Shown here: piece by piece, positions 1 through 10,000 of the stretch
Position numbering within the stretch: position 1 is the first letter of the stretch
Layout of the letters: each line of letters starts with the position of its first letter
NCBI RefSeq assembly: GCF_000760515.2
Contig: NW_013546722.1
Coordinates: 54,137 to 74,136 of the forward strand
DNA from: Mitosporidium daphniae
Taxonomy: Eukaryota
Direction: 5' to 3'
DNA: 20,000 bases
Position numbers and translations under genes: made by a program
Notes under the pieces: generated by a model
What the model saw: only the letters and a program-made list of their open reading frames with translations
Database searches by the model: none
Told to the model about the DNA's origin: nothing

Positions 1-118
1 CGAAACGGTCGTTTTTTAGCTCGATTTGGCGAAATTCAGCACGCGGGCGAGATGCTGACAAGGTCGAGAAGGGCTTCTTCTGTGCACCACTTCTTTTGCG
101 TCGCTTACTAAATGCCAT
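1..118 (-). CDS. 5' end (partial) of a gene, possibly tRNA m5C methyltransferase Trm4/Ncl1/NSUN2-like
   Basis: ATG at 118 opens MAFSKRRKRSGAQKKPFSTLSASRPRAEFRQIELKNDRF, open to the window edge. A basic N-terminus followed by 'F-x-x-I-x-x-x-N-x-x-F' recalls the Trm4/NSUN2 N-terminus. CCCCC lies just before the ATG. Only 39 codons are visible. Confidence 0.4.
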   Translation of the reverse strand, partial: MAFSKRRKRSGAQKKPFSTLSASRPRAEFRQIELKNDRF

Positions 119-224
119 GTGGGGGCGGTTGCAATTCGAAAACCGTGTATTTTTGTTGTGGGTTTTATTTTTATTTTTTATTTTAATTTTAATTGTCAAT
201 TTGGTTCAATGAATTCCGGATGCT

Positions 225-1769
225 TTAGCACGTGGGCAAAGCTGGCGCTGTTTTGATATTATTGAAAAGCAGCGGAAGTTCTGTCGTGGCGTTTGAGGAG
301 TGCCCAACCGCACATATTGCCATCCACTTTTTGAGACTTGCTTCCGAGTCAGCATACAGTGAGTGGCGTACACCGCTGTCGCTGATCAAGTGGAAAGCAT
401 TGCGTTGGTGCAGACGCTCTGGATCGGCCGCTTTCACACCAATAATATTGGTCAGCTCGATGGTGAGGAGAGGAAGCACAGCTTCTTTCTGTTGATAGGG
501 ATAGAGCAGGATCCTGCCTGCAGCAACAACAGCCCAAAAGCGGCGCCAAGTGGAAACTTTCATTGGCGAGGAGTTTCTTTGCAGAAGCGTCAAATAGTCG
601 GCATGTGCTGGGATGCCATTATGCTCCTGAAGATTGATCAGAGAAAGGAGTGAAGTTGGTCTTGACCGCCATTTTGATTTGCTAGGTGTGGGCGCGTAGA
701 GTGCAGAGACAGAGAGTACCAAGCGGGCAACACCGGACGCACCGGCCATTGGTAGTATCAATTCGAACCACTGCGGTAACTTTGAGTGGGCCGCTGAGAC
801 AAGATCGACGCGGAAAATTGTGGACGCTATGAATGGTTCTTCCTTTCTCCTAGCGTTGAGGATGGGGCTTTCCGGAGTTTTGGACCCGTCCATCCTGTCA
901 AATATAGTAGATCCCCTTCTTCCTTTCATAAGCAAGCTTTTTGGAGAGAGACTTGAGAACGAAGACTTGAATAGGACCGAATCAAGAATAGCCTTTGCCT
1001 TTCCCAGGGAAGACCCTGTCGATGATTTCATGCTGGAATGAATCGAGCGGCTGGACGAGAAATCCTCGCACATGCCGGGGCTAGATGTGACTGCTGCTAG
1101 TGACACATGAATGTCAATGGATTCCTCTAGTGTTGGAAAGAGAAATGCTTCAGAGATAGCACGTGGACTTCCACGCTTTTTGCCAGAGGGAATGCGGCAA
1201 GAGCGAAGTTGAGCATCGCGGACTTGAAAAACAAGGATTCGAGGCTCCTTTGCTCCATCTTCAAAAGAACACAGGTGGAGAAGTACTGCAGAGCAACCAA
1301 GCGCCTTTGCCGCTGCTGTATTGACAGTTGGAATCGAGTTATTTCTTTCTTGCATGAACATGACGGGTGTTGTATGATGTTTCGGCGACGCATCCTTCGA
1401 GCGCCCATAAAAAAACTCATCAATATCTGCATCGGGAGCATGTTTTTCCTGTGGATATGTGTCAATTTGAGCAAGCGTATGCTTAGGCGGGGTACCCGGC
1501 GCTGGAGGCGCAGCCCCCAATGCCATTTTAACCCACGAGTAGAAGGGGGATGCTTCTGTGGAATCCAAACGCGGGAGGGTCGAGGTACCTGTCGATGGAC
1601 AAACAACGGTGTGCAAATGTATGTCATCCGGCAATATCACGATACCTTTGTTGATACCATCAAAGAACGTTGTTGCAGCAAAGGGAGAATGGCATGCTAG
1701 CGAAGACGAGCTCTCATTTGGGCTGTTTTTAGCACCAAAGGGCTGTTTAGCTTCTTTTTTCGTCAGCAT
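225..1769 (-). CDS. C-terminal PH-domain protein, anillin/Bud4/Mid2-like (514 aa from first ATG)
   Basis: Long ORF; first ATG at 1769 (track start 1787 is TTG). C-terminal PH pattern ADYLTL...WRRFWAVVAAGRILLY...NAFHL...LYADSEASLKKWMAI, preceded by a beta-rich C2-like segment. The anillin-family call is tentative. Confidence 0.65.
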   Translation of the reverse strand: MLTKKEAKQPFGAKNSPNESSSSLACHSPFAATTFFDGINKGIVILPDDIHLHTVVCPSTGTSTLPRLDSTEASPFYSWVKMALGAAPPAPGTPPKHTLAQIDTYPQEKHAPDADIDEFFYGRSKDASPKHHTTPVMFMQERNNSIPTVNTAAAKALGCSAVLLHLCSFEDGAKEPRILVFQVRDAQLRSCRIPSGKKRGSPRAISEAFLFPTLEESIDIHVSLAAVTSSPGMCEDFSSSRSIHSSMKSSTGSSLGKAKAILDSVLFKSSFSSLSPKSLLMKGRRGSTIFDRMDGSKTPESPILNARRKEEPFIASTIFRVDLVSAAHSKLPQWFELILPMAGASGVARLVLSVSALYAPTPSKSKWRSRPTSLLSLINLQEHNGIPAHADYLTLLQRNSSPMKVSTWRRFWAVVAAGRILLYPYQQKEAVLPLLTIELTNIIGVKAADPERLHQRNAFHLISDSGVRHSLYADSEASLKKWMAICAVGHSSNATTELPLLFNNIKTAPALPTC

Positions 1770-2254
1770 GTTTTTGAAAATTTGCAAGCGAACGGAGATT
1801 CAAGACTTGTTTCATATTTGGCGGTCACACGCTTATTGGATAACGTAGCGCCTGGCAACGTCTTGAAAAATAAAAATTGCAGCTTCCAACTTTTGTAAAT
1901 TGCCGGCTCCAAATTAATTTTCGTCAATGTAAACTCAACGCAAGTAGACAGACGGCTATCAATGGGGCTTGCCAAGATTTCATTAATTGCATTCAATGGC
2001 AGTATTTAGCCGAGAAGATGATCGAGTACTGTCCTCAATCGACAAAGCACGCCATAGCGAGTCATATCTTTCGATGAGGCAAAAAAATCTCATTTTGTAT
2101 ATTCCATTTAAATCTAATAATAACATGGGCCTACAGTACAATGGTTACCAACCCTCATCCCTGCCTAAACGGACCAAAATTAATTGGTCGTTTATGGCAC
2201 TTAACTTGATGTTATCTTAATGGATTATGACTAAGATATGAAGTTGCAAGTCCT

Positions 2255-3643
2255 TTAATTAATTTTAGCTCTGCTTTCGTAATAGTGGGTCACAATAGTC
2301 TTTGTGAAGATATCGATTGTGTAGAGAGATTTTGCGCGGGTAAATCCATTATCCACTATTTTCTTGAGATCTTGTGGTATTTCCTCAACACCCAAGTTGC
2401 TATCATAAAGCCTAGCCAATAAATCGACAAGATCTGCAGGCGGAGAAAAAGACTCACCATCAGCTGGTTGAGGCATCAAATACCCCGACCTCATGTGCTC
2501 AATAATTTCCAATGGACCCCCAGATGCCATTGCTACGGGGAGGCAGTGGGAAAGCATTCCCTCAGCAATGCCCATGCCAAAATGTTCACCAGAAGCAGTG
2601 TACAAAAGCGCTTTGGAGTGACTAAGGAAAAAGCTCTTCTGTTCATTTGTGGCATTCACAATAAATAGAACATCAGCGCCATCTTTAGGTTGCTTTTGCG
2701 AGGAAAAGACGATTTCATTAGCATGTGCGACCGTAAACGATAACGAGTACGACTTGCACAACGCTACAAGGTCATGCAAAGGCTTCAAGTTCTCAATCTC
2801 GATGTCATTGCCTCCACCGGCGATCACGGCAGTAAAGCTTACATTTCGCTTTTTCAACTCGCTTGTTAATACCAGAGCTCGCTCGAGACTTTTGTGTATG
2901 CTGAATCTGTTGATCGAAACGATGCAGTTGGTGTTTTTGACAATGTCACATATTGGATTTTTCTTGAAAAACGAATGCGAAGCTACATCGCTGGAAATGG
3001 GCTGTGAAATTCCTGGATACAAAACATCCACATCTCTGCATTGCGGATAGTGTTTCATGATGGCATTCTTAGAAAAGTTGGAGTTCGCATAAAGAATATC
3101 GACGCATTGAATTCCGCTTTTTTCAATAATGTTGACAAGCCCGCGATAGAGCCTGACTAGGATTCCCTTCTGTAAATGGCCGAGATATGCAAATTCGGGG
3201 TAGTGGCAATAATACACAAGGGTTGGTTTTTTATCAGCCTTCATGAACATCAGCTTCATTATCAAAAACAAAAGGATAACAGCTGTTGGAAACTGATCGC
3301 ATATGATGATGTCGTGAGAAAGAAGCACAGTTAATTGAAGCACCACCAGAAGGATGCACTTTAAAAAGCTAAAAACCTGGCGACAATAGCCACCAATCGA
3401 GCTCGGAAAATGAGAGTTGATTGAAACGATGTTTACCATGTGCTCATCAGAAAAACACTCTTTCTTCAAATTGTAGTCTATGGTGAACATGGTAGTAGCA
3501 TGTCCCTTCGCTTCAAAAGAAAGGGCTGCGTTCAGGAATAAGCGAGTCGAGCCCGACATACCCTCGAAATTAGGATGGATTATGGCGATGCGCAGGGGCT
3601 TCTCTAGTGGCTTTGCTTCACGTTGGGGCTGTTTTGGCGGCAT
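2255..3643 (-). CDS. ALG2: ALG2-like GT4 alpha-mannosyltransferase (divergent)
   Basis: LRIAIIHP...RL..NAA, YYCHYPE, ANSNFS, VLYPG, SINRF, LLYT, and an E-x7-E motif (EHFGMGIAE) followed by SGGPLE. Confidence 0.8.
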   Translation of the reverse strand: MPPKQPQREAKPLEKPLRIAIIHPNFEGMSGSTRLFLNAALSFEAKGHATTMFTIDYNLKKECFSDEHMVNIVSINSHFPSSIGGYCRQVFSFLKCILLVVLQLTVLLSHDIIICDQFPTAVILLFLIMKLMFMKADKKPTLVYYCHYPEFAYLGHLQKGILVRLYRGLVNIIEKSGIQCVDILYANSNFSKNAIMKHYPQCRDVDVLYPGISQPISSDVASHSFFKKNPICDIVKNTNCIVSINRFSIHKSLERALVLTSELKKRNVSFTAVIAGGGNDIEIENLKPLHDLVALCKSYSLSFTVAHANEIVFSSQKQPKDGADVLFIVNATNEQKSFFLSHSKALLYTASGEHFGMGIAEGMLSHCLPVAMASGGPLEIIEHMRSGYLMPQPADGESFSPPADLVDLLARLYDSNLGVEEIPQDLKKIVDNGFTRAKSLYTIDIFTKTIVTHYYESRAKIN

Positions 3644-3831
3644 CGTTCCAAGTAATCCAAATTAGGAATGGTAGAAGGGTAAATTTTAAAGCGATTTACT
3701 TGGTGGAAATGCGACCAATAGCTGCGTGTCATCTGCTCTTAATTTTACGCAAGTGCGATAAACCGGGCCGATGCCAGGGTAAACACAAAGTTGGTGACTA
3801 CCGGCAGGGGTAGGATTAGGTGGCACATATT

Positions 3832-4857
3832 TTATACAAAATTAATGACATTTGCGGTGTCGTAAACCGTTCTGATGACAATGAAAAAATTGTCTTTCTC
3901 GCCCTCAAAGTGCATATATTTACGGTCGTTTTCCAAGAAAACCGCATCTTTTGGGGCATCCTCGGAAACCCAAATTGCTCTCCAGCCGCATCGAAGAGCC
4001 CCATAAATGTTTGACAAACTGTCGTCAATCAACACCGGAAAATGACCCTGCGGAGTAGAGGCGATTTTCGTAACGGCCCTGAAAAGGCTGAGTTGTGGCT
4101 TGCAAAGAAAGTTTGGCACAGAATAGTCACAATAGATTATTCCATCAAACCAAGAAGGAGAGGCACAACTAGGCTCGGACCGTTCAAACTGGACACCAAA
4201 AAGAAAGCTCAAAGTATGCAGGGAATGAGATGAGCCTGCATTCGTAAGAATCCACACATGTTCGATTCCAAATGTCTTAATTTTGTCAAAGAGATTAATT
4301 ATTTTCTTTGGGGAGTGATTTGGAAGCGATTTTTTAATATCGATTCCACCATCAACAAAAGTATCGTATTGCGACGGGTCCGTGCCTGGGTGATGCAAAA
4401 GTAAGCCTTTAATGGCAAGACCATAATCTGTGTGGTATTTTTGTGCAAGAAAATAGGCCTCTTCCTCAGACATGTTGTGAACAGTCGCACAGAATGATAA
4501 TATCCTCTGTCTCACAACATCCGAAATACCGGAAGATTGCGGATAAAGACAATTGTCCATATCGAAAAATAGCACCTTTTTTCCCGCCAGTTTGACATGA
4601 TCTGTTTCCGTTAATTGTTTAATTTGAAGATCTGAAGCATATTTCATTGATGGTTGATGGTAGAATTCGCAAATCGGATCAAAGTCTATCAGATGGCTAT
4701 GTGAAGATGGCATTGCGTACATCTTTATGGGGATAGTTTCTTTTGATGCATCTTTTGAAATATCTCCCGACAAAGCAAAGGTTGATGTAATGCGGTCCAC
4801 CATTGGTGCAGCAAGTTCAACACGAGGTGAAACAAGATTGCTTACTTGTTGGGTCAT
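3832..4857 (-). CDS. SDT1: HAD-superfamily pyrimidine 5'-nucleotidase, Sdt1/Phm8-like
   Basis: Motif I FFDMDNCLY, YGLAIKGL, motif II ILTNA, FDGIIYCDY, motif III CKP, motif IV IDDSLSNI..A...GW. First ATG at 4857 (track start is TTG). Confidence 0.85.
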   Translation of the reverse strand: MTQQVSNLVSPRVELAAPMVDRITSTFALSGDISKDASKETIPIKMYAMPSSHSHLIDFDPICEFYHQPSMKYASDLQIKQLTETDHVKLAGKKVLFFDMDNCLYPQSSGISDVVRQRILSFCATVHNMSEEEAYFLAQKYHTDYGLAIKGLLLHHPGTDPSQYDTFVDGGIDIKKSLPNHSPKKIINLFDKIKTFGIEHVWILTNAGSSHSLHTLSFLFGVQFERSEPSCASPSWFDGIIYCDYSVPNFLCKPQLSLFRAVTKIASTPQGHFPVLIDDSLSNIYGALRCGWRAIWVSEDAPKDAVFLENDRKYMHFEGEKDNFFIVIRTVYDTANVINFV

Positions 4858-4977
4858 AATGAAAATCAAAATTCCTTGACTACAAAATGCACAAGTTAAA
4901 AATTTAATGGGAGGGGGTTACGGTTGAATTTGACGAAATTAACCGAGCTGTCAATCAATGGTACATACATATGGAGC

Positions 4978-5427
4978 TCAAATGTCCAAATAATCTGCAA
5001 CAACAAGCAAGTCTAAAATTTCACCCGAATCTTCTCCAATCGAAAATCCATCGATTCTATTACACAGGTCTCGGATCTTTGATGGCGCTGTGGAGGACAT
5101 CGTGGTAGATATCAGTTCTTCTGTTTTAACTTTGTATGCCATAAATTCACACACCTTCTGAAGCAAATGTGTCGATATTCGATCCAGAATAACTATATGT
5201 GGTGCACTATGATTGGTGTTGCACCGATAACAGCAGCATATGATGCGTTGCTTAGAATTGGCGTCTGTTGATGGTGCGTCAGCAGGATGCAAAATATCTT
5301 GTCTGCAGTTCACAGCCCTGTCCAAAAGCATACGTCGCAAAAGCCCGCTTGTTTTTGCCTCCTCAACGGTGATATTGAAGGGCACGCCTTCTTTACTGAC
5401 AAGTGTGATCCTCGTCTTGGTCTCCAT
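4978..5427 (-). CDS. ELC1: Elongin C (Skp1/BTB-like)
   Basis: ITLVSKEG.F.I..E.A..SG.L..ML, LLQKVCEFMAYKVK, and C-terminus ILDLLVVADYLDI* with no Skp1 dimerisation tail. Confidence 0.85.
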   Translation of the reverse strand: METKTRITLVSKEGVPFNITVEEAKTSGLLRRMLLDRAVNCRQDILHPADAPSTDANSKQRIICCCYRCNTNHSAPHIVILDRISTHLLQKVCEFMAYKVKTEELISTTMSSTAPSKIRDLCNRIDGFSIGEDSGEILDLLVVADYLDI

Positions 5428-5504
5428 ATCAAATGTTGCAAATTGGCATTAAAATTAAATTTATAAAGAAATCGGATTTAGAATTTAAATTTTGTATAGC
5501 AAAG

Positions 5505-5577
5505 GTATGCAATAAATTGGTTTCTTTTCCGTACAAACTCTTCATTTTTTAATCCATTGTCTAACTTTGTCTTGTAG
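5505..5577 (+). other. 73-nt spliceosomal intron in RPL10 5'UTR
   Basis: AAG|GTATGC donor, CTAAC branch point at 5561-5565, pyrimidine tract, TAG directly abutting the ATG at 5578. Confidence 0.8.
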
Positions 5578-6234
5578 ATGGGTCGTCGTCCTGCTCGTTG
5601 CTATCGCTACTGTAAGAATAAGCCTTACCCAAAAAGCCGTTTTTGCCGCGGTGTTCCGGAATCAAAGATCCGAATTTTTGATCTTGGTCGCAAAAGAGCT
5701 ACCGTTGAAGAGTTTCCTCTATGTGTCCATCTTGTTTCTGATGAATATCAACAGATTTCATCCGAGTCTCTTGAGGCCGCACGTATTTGCGCCAACAAGT
5801 ACATCACAAAGGTGTGCGGAAAAGATTCATTCCACATGCGTGTCAGAGTGCATCCATTCCACGTCATTCGTATTAACAAAATGTTGTCTTGTGCTGGTGC
5901 TGATCGTCTTCAAACAGGTATGCGTGGTGCCTTTGGAAAGCCTTACGGAACCGTTGCTCGCGTAAATATTGGACAAATTATCTTCTCCGTCCGTGCCAAA
6001 GAGGCAAACAAAGCTGCGGTTATTGAAGCTCTTCGCCGTGCCAAGTACAAGTTTGCCGGTCGCCAAAAGATCATCATCTCTAAGAAGTGGGGCTTTACAA
6101 AGCTCAATAAGGCAGAGTTTGTCGAAGCGCGCTCCAATGGGCTGCTTGAAAACGACGGATGTTATGTCAAGTACTTGAATAATCATGGGCCTCTCAAAGC
6201 ATACTTTAAACGCCAGGCCAAGCTCCTTCTTTAA
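5578..6234 (+). CDS. RPL10: 60S ribosomal protein L10 (uL16)
   Basis: [52 protein letters not shown]. Confidence 0.99.
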   Translation: MGRRPARCYRYCKNKPYPKSRFCRGVPESKIRIFDLGRKRATVEEFPLCVHLVSDEYQQISSESLEAARICANKYITKVCGKDSFHMRVRVHPFHVIRINKMLSCAGADRLQTGMRGAFGKPYGTVARVNIGQIIFSVRAKEANKAAVIEALRRAKYKFAGRQKIIISKKWGFTKLNKAEFVEARSNGLLENDGCYVKYLNNHGPLKAYFKRQAKLLL

Positions 6235-6421
6235 GCAATAAATTCTAACCCCAAACTTGGAAACTTGGCAATAACCTTTGCTTTGTGCACAGCCAGACAT
6301 TTCTAGTGTATTTTTATGACCTCCAGGCTCTTTTTAATTTGGTTTAATTTTTACTAGCAATAACGTTAGCAATATGCAATTGTAGAGCCAATCACGTTAC
6401 TTTTTATCATCATCATCATCA

Positions 6422-6806
6422 ATGGGCACTTCCAGTTGCAGCGACAGCAGTTCCTGTTGTAGTGGGAGTTCGCGAAATTTATCCCATTCTTCAAGTGAAG
6501 GATTATCTGATTCGGATAAATCTGTTCTTTCCTCTGACGGATCCTCGACACTTTCACAAGAATTTACCTCTTCAGATGATGAGGAGTGGAGCGAATCTAC
6601 AGAATCGTCTTTGGAAGATGCAGGGGATGATGAAAAGGAATTTAAAGTCAATGTTGCAGAGATAGAGCAAGATTTTAATCCAGAAGCCGAGGTATTTTGT
6701 CAACTTAACAAGTTAGGTTTCTCCATTTGACCCGGTTGATGCCTCCAATATTCTTCCCCATAACAGGAAGAGACGCCTCATACCACGGGAGCAACAAAAT
6801 AAATAA
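6422..6806 (+). CDS. Ser/acidic protein with C-terminal CHZ-like motif (Chz1/HIRIP3-like histone chaperone candidate); join(6422..6691,6717..6806), 119 aa
   Basis: A 25-nt phase-0 intron GTATTT...CTTAAC...TTAG at 6692-6716. Splicing gives an acidic tract followed by FDPVDASNILPHNRKRR, resembling the CHZ pattern (E/D)-I-D-x-S-N-I-I-x(2-3)-R-R. Confidence 0.6.
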
Positions 6807-7021
6807 TCTCTCAATTAAAAAACTCGATCATAAAATAAAGTGAACGCAGAAGTTGAGCCTAGATAGCAATTACCGCAGTGGTGTCTGCAACCTGAATTTA
6901 ATTTTTCCGCTTTAAAAGGTGTACACATTGAGGCTATACACGACACACCGAACCCTAATTAGTTGTAGAAATTGTTTGTAACGCCAAGAAGAGGAAAAAG
7001 GGGTCGCTCACTGCATTGCCA

Positions 7022-10000
7022 ATGTATAGCGAGGTCGCTGACAAATACAAGCTTGTACTTAAGGATAGGGATAGGCTTGATATGGCGGAAGAAATTCACA
7101 GCCTTGCATTAGAGGCTGCTGATGAAGAGGAGTGGAGAAACGGGTTAAAAGGAACCGCAAATTCGAGGTTTCTTCTTCTCCTCGTAATTGAAATTTTGGT
7201 GTGGGAGTTTTCGTCCATGCCGAGGCTCCGGTCTGTACACCAGCGCCAGCTGATCAATAGGTTTCGGTCTGCGCTTGTACTGCTTTTGCCGCCATTGCCT
7301 GGAGGGCGAGGTGAAAATTCTCAAATGATCTTTGATCGTGAGGCGCGTGAGAATCATCAAAACCAGTCCAAAAATATCAAGGATGATTTTGCGAAATGCT
7401 CCTATTTAAAAACATGGGCTGATGAAAGGGGAGAGAGTGACAGCATGTGCGATGCCAGCGTTAATTTGGAGGACGCTGCAGAAAACCTGATTGCCGCTAT
7501 CATCGGAGACTCTATGGAGTTGGAGGGCATCAAAATGATAACGCTTGTTTTGTCGCACCTCCCAAAGCTCAACTTGAACGACTCTCTTGGTTCCTCACTT
7601 GTAAGGTCCATACGCATGGTGCTTGGTGGCCAACACGATAGGAGCCAGTTGCTGATAGTCAACGCTGCTATTCAACTATTTATTCTTTTGTTTGAAGGCG
7701 GAAGTCTTTTCTGGCTACATCAGAAAGATGGCTTGTTAGTTGAGCTGCTTGAAGAGGTTGTTGTCTTGCTACCATTTACTCCTGTGCTTGCGGTGCGACT
7801 TGCAGCGATACTGGTCCGTGAGACGCAATGGGCTCTACCGGTGACACCCCGTATTCTTAAAGCGATGGTGCAAGCATTTGAAATGCTAATGGGGGCCATT
7901 GGAAAATCTAATGTAGCATTCTCGGCTATCGCACATATGCTAACAGACCTGATCAGGCCATTATGGTCAAACCATCTCACGGGAGAACCACGGCACCAAT
8001 TGACAGCTATGGCCTTCGAGTTGCTCGCATCAAGACACGAGACATCGCCGGCACTTCATCGTCTTGTCGCCACATTGCTTTCTCTGGAGATCACTGAATG
8101 GTGTGTGGCAGAATGTGCTTCAAACAACGGGCTTATTTCGAAGCACTCGCAAACAGTTTCACTAAAGTTCCTTGATTTGGAGAGCGAAACAGGATTACGC
8201 ATCTTACTAGATGCGGTCAATGGCGTCAACGATGGGCTTCGCTCCAAGTGGACTGCCCTTGATGTAAAGCTTCCACCGCCCACTGCCGAGTTGCTTCGTC
8301 GAAATGGCGTGCTGCCATTCTACATTGCACTTGCCTCACGGTGGAGGCAGCTAACCCCAGCGCTTCCAGCCATCATTTCTCTGCTCTCATGGGCAGAAGA
8401 CAGGGACAGTTGGCGCGCGATTGCCCATCATTTGCTCTCTGTATCAAATGGCCATTTCAACCTTGAAAGCCACGAAAATGTTACCCAGCTTGGATGGCAA
8501 AGTCCTCCGCAAACCATCGAGAGTGAACAAAATACTCACACTGACACACAGTTTGTTAAGAAAACAATCGATGTTATTTCTAGAAACTCTTCACCTGTAG
8601 ACATCTGGTTGGTGTTAGAGCTTGCCATTCATTTTGAAACAGACATCGAGTTTATTCGGCGTCTTAATCATTTGAACAGCTTAAGTCGGTTTGTTTTTCC
8701 AGACCAAGAGCTCGATCCCGCCTGTGTTGAGGATCAAAAAATCTCACATGAACACGTCGTCTTACAATGGCTTTATGCGCGGTCTGTGAAGACTTCCGAA
8801 GCCAGTTTTCGGCCTTTGTTAATTTCTCCATACGACGGGCCTTTGGCAGTCGTGTCACCATCCAGGGTTACACTTTTACGAGAGCGTTTGGGTAAAGAGA
8901 CAGATCCTCTTATTTCTTTATTCACGGACCCTTCTTCTTGTGCTATGTCTCACTTTCAGGGTGAAGTTTCTGCGATGGAATCCGGTACCAGAACAAAGAC
9001 AGTTTCACTTTCACATCAAAAGTTTGATATTCCCATGTTAGATGCATCCTTGAAAGATCAAAAAGTACCTTCAGATATGTCCCTTGCTTGCATCAGAGTG
9101 GGACTTGCAGCGAAGATGCTTCTCGATACTGACCCTACGCATCTACCCGCTATTCTCGATGTCCTTCTCTCGCTTTTCGAACAAAAAGACACGTGTAAGA
9201 TGTTCATGGAAGAAATAATTGAACACTGGATTCTTGAGACTGTTTTATTTGATGCACTACATACAAATAATAAGTCTTTGACCCCGGCTCCATCTGCCTC
9301 CGCATCATCTAATTCGCCTACTTCTGTTCCCCCGATGTCGGTTGCTTTAGCCCTTGAAGTGAGGACATGGATACAGACCCAAAACAAACGACGCAGTTCA
9401 ATACCTCACCCACGCAGCATGAGTGGGTTAGAACTACGTTTAAGCCGGCATACCGGCACAATTTCGGAGAATTCTCATTTTATTCGTGATCTAAGACTCG
9501 ATGTGTATCTCGATACGAGTCACCAATGCACTGAAATTGAAAATACATCAGATGTATTCGATGGGTACTCTCGTTGGATCATGTGTCGAGCTCTCGCTGT
9601 AGCAGGTCCACATGCTTGGATTTCAGAACTACAGAGCTCGCTCAGAGCAATGGTGCCTATTAGCCGTCTGCAAATTCCGCTTTTCCATGTCGGAGATACC
9701 AATATCATTGATGGTGACAGCGAACTGTCTTCTTATGTCTCATTGGAAGGCATTGCTTCTCCATGGAGCGACACCATTTGTTTAAGACAGCTTTTAAGTG
9801 TCCATGGGGATATCGGTTTCTGGCTACGACGAGCAGAAGGTGAGCGGCAGTTTGGGGCTTTTATGGCGATGCTACTCTGGGACAGCAAGTGGCGAGCCTC
9901 TTTGCTCAAAAATACCTCCATCAGCAACGATCGGGATTTGATGCGACATCTTCTTATCTCCAGCCTCGATGCAACTATTGCCGTCCTGCTCCTTCTTGCC

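Noticed and set aside
6397..6831. Minus-strand frame interrupted only by three TGAs, suggesting TGA=Trp/Sec recoding
   Set aside because: TGA is the true stop right after the conserved C-termini of ELC1, Tel1 and MSS1, and the plus-strand spliced gene explains the region.
6951..6958. AACCCTAA upstream of Tel1 as telomerase template or Tbf1/telobox site
   Set aside because: Single 8-mer with no array and no supporting RNA structure; expected by chance.
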